A stretch of 63,071 nucleotides of DNA, filler included, from Octopus bimaculoides (lineage: Eukaryota): NCBI RefSeq assembly GCF_001194135.2. It is 3 parts of 3 records of this genome, joined end to end, with 100 filler letters (N's around TTAATTAATTAA, not from the genome) between each part and the next. Parts side by side here need not be neighbours in the genome. Positions count along the whole stretch, not along the records: positions 36,352 to 63,071 come from NC_068986.1; 2 more parts are not named here. The stretch is one strand, 5' to 3'. Each line of letters begins with the position of its first letter. Positions within the stretch are counted from its first letter, which is position 1. The position numbers were made by a program, and so were the translations under genes. Positions 52,794-63,071 of this stretch are shown one piece after another. Below the pieces are notes generated by a model. The model made no database searches, was not told where the DNA came from, and was given only the letters and a program-made list of their open reading frames with translations.

Positions 52794-53785
52794 TTGAGTT
52801 TAAGTTATTAATCTAGCAGATGACCATTATTCAAGGTAGGACCAATAAAAATATAGTTTAATTGCATAAATGCGGTTTGTGATTTCTGTTGAAACGAAAG
52901 AAATTGTACATTTAATGAATTATATATTTTATTAAGAAAGGAAAATTAGATGGTTATACCTAAAATTTTTCATCGGTTATTGCTGGCTTGCGTGCGATTT
53001 TGTGATATTCAGGTCCGATAATTTATCACATAATAGAAAGCATACGAATATTTAATGCTATCCAGTGAAATATCTTAGCTTAACAATGCATTATAGTTCT
53101 AGAATTGTGTTTATCTTTAGCTATTTTGGTTTGGCCAAACAGCAATAGTGTCAGAATCACATCCGTTTCCTTTATATAATTTCTTTGTTTATTTATCTAT
53201 TTATTTATGTATTTGTTAGTTTATCTTTTTATTTATATATTTGTTTATTAGACGGTCTTCTCTACTAATGATGACGTGCATCTCAAAAATATTAAATTAC
53301 TTTTTCGGAATACAAAGGACATTCTTCAGATAGTATAATTAAAATTTCTTCTGTAATTCTACTATCTACATATGTGAGTACGTATGAGTGTGCGGATCCG
53401 CATGAGCATGCGTTTGTGTGCGCTATATCCATACATAGATGCATACATGCATGCATATATATATATGTGTGTGAGGGGGTGTCGAGGGGATGTATGCATA
53501 TCACACGTATACACACATAGATGTACATATTTGTGTATATACATACAGACACACAGACACCCACCGAAACCAACATACACACACACGTATATATAAGAGT
53601 GAATGTATGCATTATAGATTACGCATGTACGCTGGGTGTATGGCGTATAAGCATTTGTGATAAACGTGTATATATATATACGTGTGTCTGTGTACGTATG
53701 TGTGCGAATGTCTCTGTTTTTATGTATGTATGTATGTATGTATGACTGACATTTTTCGTGTTCTATACATGTATATATGTAAGCA

Positions 53786-53835
<50 letters not shown>

Positions 53836-54255
53836 CATAATACACATTGTTATGATACACATTCGCATATTTATATGTAGATATGCCTTTGCGTAAGCTC
53901 TGCCTTTGTCTCTGCGTGCGTGCATGCACGCACAGATACATAGGTTTTCCTCTGTTCATTCTTTCAAATATATTACAGAAGAGCGCCTCTTAATTGTCTG
54001 GCAGCTAAAATTAGGTTAACTACTGGCATGTCAAGAAAAGACATATATTTAAATAACACAGGACAAAAAAACAATAAAAAAATTAAAATACCAATATAAA
54101 AGAATAAAAAAAAAAAAGGTATGAAGTTGCAAAGAAAAAAAAATATTTAAAAATATCATACAACAGACAAATAGAGCCAAACAATGATGTCAATATCAGA
54201 GTTGGTGTTGTTAATATCTGTTAACTTGTGGGAGAAGACAGGACGCGGATATCTG

Positions 54256-54328
<73 letters not shown>

Positions 54329-55048
54329 GTATCTATCTATCTATCTATATATATATTCGTATATCTGGTTAAATATATTTATATATGTGTGTGTATANNN
54401 NNNNNNNNNNNNNNNNNNNNNNNNNNNNNNNNNNNNNNNNNNNNNNNNNNNNNNNNNNNNNNNNNNNNNNNNNNNNNNNNNNNNNNNNNNNNNNNNNNNN
54501 NNNNNNNNNNNNNNNNNNNNNNNNNNNNNNNNNNNNNNNNNNNNNNNNNNNNNNNNNNNNNNNNNNNNNNNNNNNNNNNNNNNNNNNNNNNNNNNNNNNN
54601 NNNNNNNNNNNNNNNNNNNNNNNNNNNNNNNNNNNNNNNNNNNNNNNNNNNNNNNNNNNNNNNNNNNNNNNNNNNNNNNNNNNNNNNNNNNNNNNNNNNN
54701 NNNNNNNNNNNNNNNNNNNNNNNNNNNNNNNNNNNNNNNNNNNNNNNNNNNNNNNNNNNNNNNNNNNNNNNNNNNNNNNNNNNNNNNNNNNNNNNNNNNN
54801 NNNNNNNNNNNNNNNNNNNNNNNNNNNNNNNNNNNNNNNNNNNNNNNNNNNNNNNNNNNNNNNNNNNNNNNNNNNNNNNNNNNNNNNNNNNNNNNNNNNN
54901 NNNNNNNNNNNNNNNNNNNNNNNNNNNNNNNNNNNNNNNNNNNNNNNNNNNNNNNNNNNNNNNNNNNNNNNNNNNNNNNNNNNNNNNNNNNNNNNNNNNN
55001 NNNNNNNNNNNNNNNNNNNNNNNNNNNNNNNNNNNNNNNNNNNNNNNN

Positions 55049-55113
<65 letters not shown>

Positions 55114-55465
55114 ATATACGTATGTATATCTATATGTGTGTGCGTGCGTGTGTGTGTGTGTGTGTGTGTGTGTTTGTATACATATATGTATATGACATTG
55201 TATATCTATACATAAGCATAACTATATATATGAATGTCTATAGACGCGTATTAAAGTATATATTACATACATATAATATAATATAGTATATATATATTTG
55301 TTTGTATGTATATCCATATAAACGAATACGCATATAAACATACGTGCTATAAAAATGTACGCAGACCTACATATCTATACAAATGAATATACAGCTATAA
55401 ATTCGTATATATATTTCTACATACGTAAGACGCATATTTAAATGTACATGACATCAATCGTGTAA

Positions 55466-55534
<69 letters not shown>

Positions 55535-55560
55535 ATCTATCTTGAAAGATAGATAGATAG

Positions 55561-56880
55561 TTAGATACATCTCTTTTATTAGCCACACAGGGCTCAACAA
55601 AGATGGGACAGATACAATGTAGAGCTTTTCTTTTTGGGAGGGGGAAGAAAAAAAAACAATAGGGGTGTGTCGATCAAAAGGGATCGTAGGAAGGGAAAAA
55701 GGGGGGAGTTCGATCAAAAGGGATCGAGAAAAAAAAAAGCGATTAATAGGGATCATGTATCACACAGTAATGTTCTCGTGTAAAAAGAGGGGAGGACAGT
55801 TTAGGTTTAGCCGTGGAAAGAAAAGCCTACGGAAAAGACCACGGTAGCCTTGGTCAATATTGTCATTACAGAAACTATAACAGTAAGTGACTCTCTTTTG
55901 TCTGGATTTTTTTTTTACTCTTTTATAGNNNNNNNNNNNNNNNNNNNNNNNNNNNNNNNNNNNNNNNNNNNNNNNNNNNNNNNNNNNNNNNNNNNNNNNN
56001 NNNNNNNNNNNNNNNNNNNNNNNNNNNNNNNNNNNNNNNNNNNNNNNNNNNNNNNNNNNNNNNNNNNNNNNNNNNNNNNNNNNNNNNNNNNNNNNNNNNN
56101 NNNNNNNNNNNNNNNNNNNNNNNNNNNNNNNNNNNNNNNNNNNNNNNNNNNNNNNNNNNNNNNNNNNNNNNNNNNNNNNNNNNNNNNNNNNNNNNNNNNN
56201 NNNNNNNNNNNNNNNNNNNNNNNNNNNNNNNNNNNNNNNNNNNNNNNNNNNNNNNNNNNNNNNNNNNNNNNNNNNNNNNNNNNNNNNNNNNNNNNNNNNN
56301 NNNNNNNNNNNNNNNNNNNNNNNNNNNNNNNNNNNNNNNNNNNNNNNNNNNNNNNNNNNNNNNNNNNNNNNNNNNNNNNNNNNNNNNNNNNNNNNNNNNN
56401 NNNNNNNNNNNNNNNNNNNNNNNNNNNNNNNNNNNNNNNNNNNNNNNNNNNNNNNNNNNNNNNNNNNNNNNNNNNNNNNNNNNNNNNNNNNNNNNNNNNN
56501 NNNNNNNNNNNNNNNNNNNNNNNNNNNNNNCGTTAGTTGTGATGCAGTCGCTCAAGGTTGACCCGGGGTGTTGGAGTTGCCGGAGAGCAACGCGACACTC
56601 GTGGTGCCATTCGCCCTTCCTCGGCCTCTTCTTGATCCACGATTGCAGTTCGGTCATGGAGACGAGCTGCGGGAAAGCGCGCCGCACAAACGGCGACCAC
56701 ACCTGTTCACCGTTGTCTACGTAGAGCCGGAGATGTCGCAGTCTCAGCGCGTGTCTGCGCATCATCAACCACGGCATGCCCAGTCCTCCTTTTAACGGGT
56801 GTTGGCAGCAAACGGATCGCCTAACCAGCGGAATGCTTCCTTTCGACAAGAAGCGGAAGAGGATGCGCTCCAGCTTGGTG
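55561..56880 (-). mobile_element. Tx1/L1-like LINE 3' fragment (gapped) flanked by (GATA)n
   Basis: TKLERILFRFLSKG...QHPLKGGLGMPWLMMRRHALRL at 56531-56880; 3' end agccctgtgtggctaataaa near 55575. Confidence 0.8.
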
Positions 56881-57329
56881 ATAGATAGATAGCTAGCTAG
56901 ATAGATAGATAGATAGATACGCATACATTCACATACACACACATATCCATATATATATTATGTATGTATACTTATGTACATACAGTCATCTTCTAAATAT
57001 AAGTTTTAGTAGTTGTATTGCAAAATGCATTTATCGCATGCTTTATCAGTCTATACTTATACGTAGCTTGCTCCGTGCGTCTCTTTGAAAGATAAATCAT
57101 TTTTTTGTTATTTTTTTCCGTGGAATTCTTCCTTTATGTGGAAAATTATATAAATACTCCCCTTAGTAATGATTTTGCCACTTATAATTTATGGTAAAAT
57201 GAGCATCGTCTATCAATGTGGGATATACTTGTGTTTCATTTTCTTGTGTGTGCTGGCGTAATGTATCTCTCGTTTTTAATCTGAATGCTTGTGTTTAAAC
57301 ATAAAATCATTTTTTATATTGTTTGGGAT

Positions 57330-57860
57330 GTTGAATATCAGCGGTGAATTGTTCTCGAGTTCCTAATTTCATTTCTCAACGTTTTTTTATGTGTCCATTA
57401 TAATTAGTATATCGTCTACATATCTACGGCATACTATATTTGAGTTTAGCTGTTATTTTGTTTTCAGTGGCAACTAATTAAAATTTAGCTACCGTGGGTG
57501 CCAGATCGGAATCCATAGCTGTTCCGTTTTATTCTTTCTATATCTTGCATCTTGAACAATAAGTTAGTTATGGGTTTTAATGTTTTTACTACTAGTGTCA
57601 TGAAGGGCTTTCTGATTTTTTTTTTTTTATTTAACAAAATCTTGGTTGTTTCTACAACTGAAACTTTAACCTAAGAACATTCTTCTAGGGCAGAATTGGT
57701 ACCTGCTTGTTTCTTCTAAAGTTACTAGAATTTTATACTCCATTTCTCCGTTGACGATTTTATGTGAGAAAGTAATAAACTGAAATTTTAGAGATCGTAA
57801 GTAATTGTTTTATTTGGGTATTTGTCCTATGCCATAATATATGCCGGGGTGAATTCTCCT
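57330..57860 (-). mobile_element. Penelope-like reverse transcriptase remnant
   Basis: GTAMDSDLAPTVAKF (57496-57525 region) followed by RYVDDILII (YVDD at 57411-57422). Confidence 0.8.
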
Positions 57861-57915
57861 TCGTTGTGTGGAAATAAAGCAGACCCTATTTGTGTGTTTA
57901 TCGTTGTACTATTTT

Positions 57916-58291
57916 ATCTCAGTATTTAAGAGTGTCGGAATCACAATTATGAGATTGTTATTTCGATTCCTAGATCGGGCTATGTGTTCTGTTCTTCAGC
58001 AAGACACTTCATTTCACGTTGCTCCAATTCACTCAGCTGTAGAAATTAACTGTGACGTCACTGGTGCCAAGCTGTATCAGCCTTTGCCTTTCCCTTGAGT
58101 AACATGGGCAGCGTGTGGAGAGGAGGCTGGTAAGCATGGGCGACGTTTGTCTTTCATAAATAACCTTGCCCAGACTTGTGCCCCGGAGGGAAACTTTCCA
58201 GGAACAATGTATGATCATTCATGACCGAAAGGGGACCTTTTTTTTTTAACCTTTATTACACTTTATTAACCCTTTTTCTACCCTTTATTTT
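57916..58291 (+). mobile_element. SINE family D, near full length
   Basis: tRNA-like head (ctcagt..ttaagagtgtcgg...ttcgattcc), gcaagacact core, body shared with 60382-60660. Confidence 0.8.
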
Positions 58292-59355
58292 AATATCCAA
58301 TATAGGTATCCGATGGCGACGCTCTTTAACAATCAGATGATTAAATTGCGGGTTTAAAGAATGCTTAAACAAATCCACCCTGTGTGAAAATAAGCCTCCA
58401 ATACTCAATATTTTGATTATAAAGGTTAAGATGAAGGCGTCCATAAAAGTAAAGTTGGGAAATTAAACTTTAATTTTTCCAACAAACTGTATAAGACGCA
58501 TCCGCACATCCATAAGCATAAACACACAAACATATATACATATATATTATCCTTAATTATATTGCCTACTATCCTAAATTTTTAACATCTATTCATAAAT
58601 CAAACAGCATTGACTCTCCTTCAAATACTACCTACAACCACTCTTATTTATTTCCCAGTTCTTCATTTCAACTACTAATACTAATACTTTCAGTTCGCTG
58701 TTTATTCATCCTTCCATTTTCTTGAAATGGCTCTGTAATCTCTTCTCCCTTCCTCTGCTCAACTACTCCACATGCTCCCATTCAGTCACCTACTTCATGC
58801 TACCACTATCACTTCCTTGCCTCCTACTATACCTATTCTATCTTTAAATTTCCCTGCATAATGATTTGATACGTTAGAATCTTCTTTAACCAACCTGATG
58901 AAGGATGTTCTGGATTTTATTAATGTTTATATACTTCCGTTACTGGCTGCACAATTTTGATGAACTATACCTGCCAACATTATGAAGTAACTCCAAAACC
59001 TCAGAAACAACTGTCGGATTTGTAATACCTTCTCTCCTCTAATTCTTTGAGTCTATGTAACCTGAGTAAATTTGCTCTATTAAAAAATACATGTATATTT
59101 ATACGTGATTCTTAATCATCTGAAAATTTTAAGTCTGGATCTCTTTTTAAATATATACATATATATACATTTTGTACATTAAAACCGAAGGTTTTATTTG
59201 TTTATTTGAATCATTGTCTCCATATCTGCTCGCTAGGGTTCCTCTTAGAGCCACTCTGTACCCTGCTGATTTGGTCTTCGGTAAAGTTATCAGAGTGTAA
59301 GTTTCAAACGCTTCTAAGTGTTTTCTCTATCGAGATTCTCTCGAATTCATGTTGA

Positions 59356-59421
<66 letters not shown>

Positions 59422-60381
59422 ATATATAAGATCNNNNNNNNNNNNNNNNNNNNNNNNNNNNNNNNNNNNNNNNNNNNNNNNNNNNNNNNNNNNNNNNNNN
59501 NNNNNNNNNNNNNNNNNNNNNNNNNNNNNNNNNNNNNNNNNNNNNNNNNNNNNNNNNNNNNNNNNNNNNNNNNNNNNNNNNNNNNNNNNNNNNNNNNNNN
59601 NNNNNNNNNNNNNNNNNNNNNNNNNNNNNNNNNNNNNNNNNNNNNNNNNNNNNNNNNNNNNNNNNNNNNNNNNNNNNNNNNNNNNNNNNNNNNNNNNNNN
59701 NNNNNNNNNNNNNNNNNNNNNNNNNNNNNNNNNNNNNNNNNNNNNNNNNNNNNNNNNNNNNNNNNNNNNNNNNNNNNNNNNNNNNNNNNNNNNNNNNNNN
59801 NNNNNNNNNNNNNNNNNNNNNNNNNNNNNNNNNNNNNNNNNNNNNNNNNNNNNNNNNNNNNNNNNNNNNNNNNNNNNNNNNNNNNNNNNNNNNNNNNNNN
59901 NNNNNNNNNNNNNNNNNNNNNNNNNNNNNNNNNNNNNNNNNNNNNNNNNNNNNNNNNNNNNNNNNNNNNNNNNNNNNNNNNNNNNNNNNNNNNNNNNNNN
60001 NNNNNNNNNNNNNNNNNNNNNNNNNNNNNNNNNNNNNNNNNNNNNNNNNNNNNNNNNNNNNNNNNNNNNNNNNNNNNNNNNNNNNNNNNNNNNNNNNNNN
60101 NNNNNNNNNNNNNNNNNNNNNNNNNNNNNNNTATATATATATATATATATATATATATGCATGCATACTTGTGCAAATGTGCGTATCTATGTCGAGGCAA
60201 GTATGCACGAATTGCAAAGACTCTGTTCTCCATGGAGCAGTATATATACCTAGAATGGTTCTTTCTTAGTAAAAAGTCCAAGACAACAACAACGATAACA
60301 CCAACAACAGCAATAATTAATACCTAATTATCTTAAAACTCTTTCATAATTGCAAATTTCATATTGCAAATTTAACAGTAT

Positions 60382-60660
60382 TATTTCACGTTGCTCCAAT
60401 TCACTCATTTGTAGAAATGAACTGTGACGTCACTGGTGCCAAGCTGTATCAGCCTTTGCCGTTCCCTTGAGTAACATCGGTAGCGTGTGGAGAGGAGGCT
60501 GGTAACCATGGGCGACTTTTGTCTTTCATAAATAACCCTGACCAGACTTGTGCCTCGGAGGGAAAATTTCCAGGAGCAATCTATGATCATTCATGACCGA
60601 AATAGTTTTTTTTTTTTTTACCCTTTATTACTCTTTATTTACCCTTTTTCTACCCTTTAT
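60382..60660 (+). mobile_element. SINE family D, 5'-truncated, with 40-bp target-site duplication
   Basis: Body homologous to 58011-58291; identical 40-mers at 60342-60381 and 60661-60700. Confidence 0.85.
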
Positions 60661-60789
60661 TTTCATAATTGCAAATTTCATATTGCAAATTTAACAGTAT
60701 CCTAGTTCTTAGTTACTGGTCACTTCCCACTGCAATATACCATTGCTAATTATAAAAAACACCAATAGTGAAACGTCCAAGTTGCAGTT

Positions 60790-61150
60790 ACTTTAGGTCT
60801 CTGGGTGACATTTCGAACAGCGTTTAAAAATTAGTGGCTTCAGACAGGATATAGTACTGCATTCCACTTCATTTAAAAGCAACAACTGATTTTGCTTGGA
60901 TTTACCGTGCAGTTTGAAAACAGAAAAATACGCCAGTCAGGCAAACAGCCTGAGGAAAATCAACTGTGTTAAACTTATCGCCATAAAGCCTGGAGTCAGA
61001 TGATTTAGGCGAAATCTGCTCAATTTTATCTAATGAAACAACTCTTAGTTTCTGGGAAGAACAGGACGAAAGTACTAGAGACAATATCAGAAAGGGCGGG
61101 GCGGTGTTACAGCTGGATTTGGTCGAGGAGGAACAAAAAGTTGGAACAAC
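60790..61150 (+). mobile_element. Degraded HERO/NeSL-like RLE endonuclease end
   Basis: RQDIVLHSTSFK / QLILLGFTVQFEN ... AKSAQFYLMKQL...ISERAGRCYSWIWSRR resembles RPDIV...ILLELTVPWE...AE..S.WLW..R. Confidence 0.6.
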
Positions 61151-61499
61151 GGAGAGGAGTCAACGGGGAGAAGTTACAAGATGAAATCTTCAAGAGGTTA
61201 AAATTCACGAGTCTCCAATATCCAAGTTGCTAAACAGTATCAGCAGAAGAGCGCCTAGAAGTTATGACATGGATGCAGCCTAGCCTCCTTAGAATGTAAG
61301 AAGATAATAGTCGAAATACTTGCCTAAGGAGTGGAGTTTCTCTCTGAAAGAACTGCTGCTGTTCAGCTCTCTTGAGAGTTTCTTACTAAGTATTGCTAAT
61401 CATAAATAACACCCTTAGTGAAAACATTCAACTTGCTGTTACTTCATATCTCTGGAGGAGAATTAATACAGCTGGTATAAAAAAGTAAGTAAATAATGA

Positions 61500-61576
<77 letters not shown>

Positions 61577-61619
61577 ATAATAATAATAATAATAATGATA
61601 ATAATAATAATAATGATAA

Positions 61620-62660
61620 TATTTTATTCTTTATTGGCCACCAGGGCCGAACACAAAACATGGAGGACGATACACAGACGAGGGGCAGTGAGGTTAGACG
61701 TGTAAACAGCCAACAAACACAACAATGAACAAAGAGAGTAAAGTAAAAATATTTTCCCAATAGGGGTGAGTTCCACCGTAAGGTGACCAAAGAGACGTCA
61801 CGCATTTTGGGCCCCTTAACACCAACGGCTCCACAGGAAGGCACCCTCCATACTCTCTTCCATCCGGCCTACAGGTGCACACTTATAGCAGGCACTTTCA
61901 CGCATATTTCACGCATATTTCACCCATATTTCACCCATATTTCACCCATATTTCACCCATATTTCGCCCATATTTCACCCATATTTCACCCATATTTCAA
62001 CGAACCTTCTGTGTGACAGTACCCCCCTCTCCAGCCACACTTTCCTTTTCAGGTAGAACCTGAAAAAGTCAATGAGGCCTTGGTCAAAGACTAAGATACT
62101 CTTCTTCAAGCCTTTCAATGGTGTCCACCACACAATCTCTTTTGCCACTAGACAAAGAAAAATTGCCCTCCCTTCTCGGCCAAAGGAAGGTGGCAGGGTG
62201 ATCTTCACAATGGACTCAGACGATAGCTGGTTACGTCCTACACGTGAGAATAACTGTTCCACAAAGCCCCACAGCTCAACAATGCGCGGACATTGTACGA
62301 GAGCATGCACAACGGTTTCATCGCGCACCATACATTTCGGACAATCCCGACTGACTTCACACCCGTGCTTTAGAGCTTATATCGAATCGGCAGCTTCCTC
62401 CGGTAACACTTCCAGGCCAGGGATTTCTGGAAATTATCCACCCAAAAGTCCCCCGGAAAAGACCAGCCAGTTGATACACCTCAGCATCTTCAGCACATGT
62501 CTGCGCATCATCAGTCACGGCATGACCAGTCTTCCACGCAAGAGGTGCTGACAGCAAATGGACAGTCTGACAAGCGGTACCTGTTCCTGCCACTTCTCCA
62601 CCCAAGCTGTAGCATCTCTTACCCTACACTCGCCCTAGGACATTGGGTGTGTCTCGGCAA
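61620..62660 (-). mobile_element. Tx1/L1-like LINE 3' fragment with internal deletion
   Basis: LVMP*LMMRRHVLKMLR joins directly to ALKHGCEVSRDCPKCMVRDETVVHALVQCP (CCHC finger). The 3' end ggccctggtggccaataaa runs into (ATT)n/(ACT)n. Confidence 0.85.
61896..61999. repeat. 11-bp minisatellite (tttcacccata) x9.5 inside the LINE
   Basis: Directly visible, with variants tttcacgcata x2 and tttcgcccata x1. Confidence 0.95.
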
Positions 62661-62716
62661 GTGATTGTAACAAACTTGCAGATTAAAAATAAATAAGATA
62701 ATGATAATAATAACAA

Positions 62717-63071
62717 TTGCGCCTACAGAGTATCTCAACAGGCATGATAGAGCTGCACAATATTTTCACTGAGTAATATGCAAAAACCTGGACTTGCCCC
62801 ATGATAAAAACTGGTGGGAACACAAACCACCTCCAGTACTTGAAAATGATCACATCGCACTCCTCTGGAACTTCACCATTCAAACTGACAGAAAGATAGA
62901 CGCAAATAGGCCAGACATCATACTGAAAGACTTCAGACAAAAAATCATGCCTCCTCATTGATATGACTGTCCCAATCGATATAAACGTATCTGTGAAGAC
63001 CTACCAAAAACTGAGCAAATATAAAGATCTTCAAATAGAAATTAGCAAAATGTGGAATCTGAAGACGAAAA
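62717..63071 (+). mobile_element. R4/Dong-like non-LTR retrotransposon fragment running off the window edge
   Basis: YLNRHDRAAQYFH*VIC...WWEHKPPPVLENDHIALLWNFTIQTDRKIDANRPDII...CLLIDMTVPID...KLSKYKDLQIEISKMW; 5' junction in a degenerate (AAT)n tract. Confidence 0.9.

Noticed and set aside
58290-58444. IPILDIKI segment resembling a Penelope RT motif
   Set aside because: It is short, out of order relative to the 57330-57860 fragment, and the ORF end is SINE tail.
58890-58960. Second hammerhead candidate (cctgatgaagga...ttccgttac)
   Set aside because: The GAAA core is absent and stems I and III are not convincing.

Overview
This is AT-rich, microsatellite-saturated eukaryotic DNA with about 8 kb of N gaps. 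It is most likely an Octopus draft scaffold, inferred from the SINE families and repeat landscape. Nearly all ORFs in the supplied track are microsatellite or gap artefacts. One host-gene candidate emerges: a + strand chain of small phase-compatible exons (about 3.6-20.5 kb) encoding a 139-aa segment I cannot assign to a family. The rest is a transposon graveyard: three tRNA-type SINE families, Penelope-like RT and GIY-YIG remnants (one next to a degenerate hammerhead ribozyme), an IR/DR Tc1, a MULE, a Gypsy integrase/LTR remnant, Tx1/L1-like ORF1 and ORF2 pieces, R4/Dong-like and HERO/NeSL-like endonuclease ends, and MITEs. The most interesting signals are a 3' stem-loop tail shared by a SINE and Tx1-like LINEs, the microexon gene with an in-frame TAG, the hammerhead, a tRNA-Thr-like sequence inside nested inverted repeats, a palindromic 182-bp insertion, and a 40-bp target-site duplication. 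All homology calls are motif recognition by eye; no searches were run.
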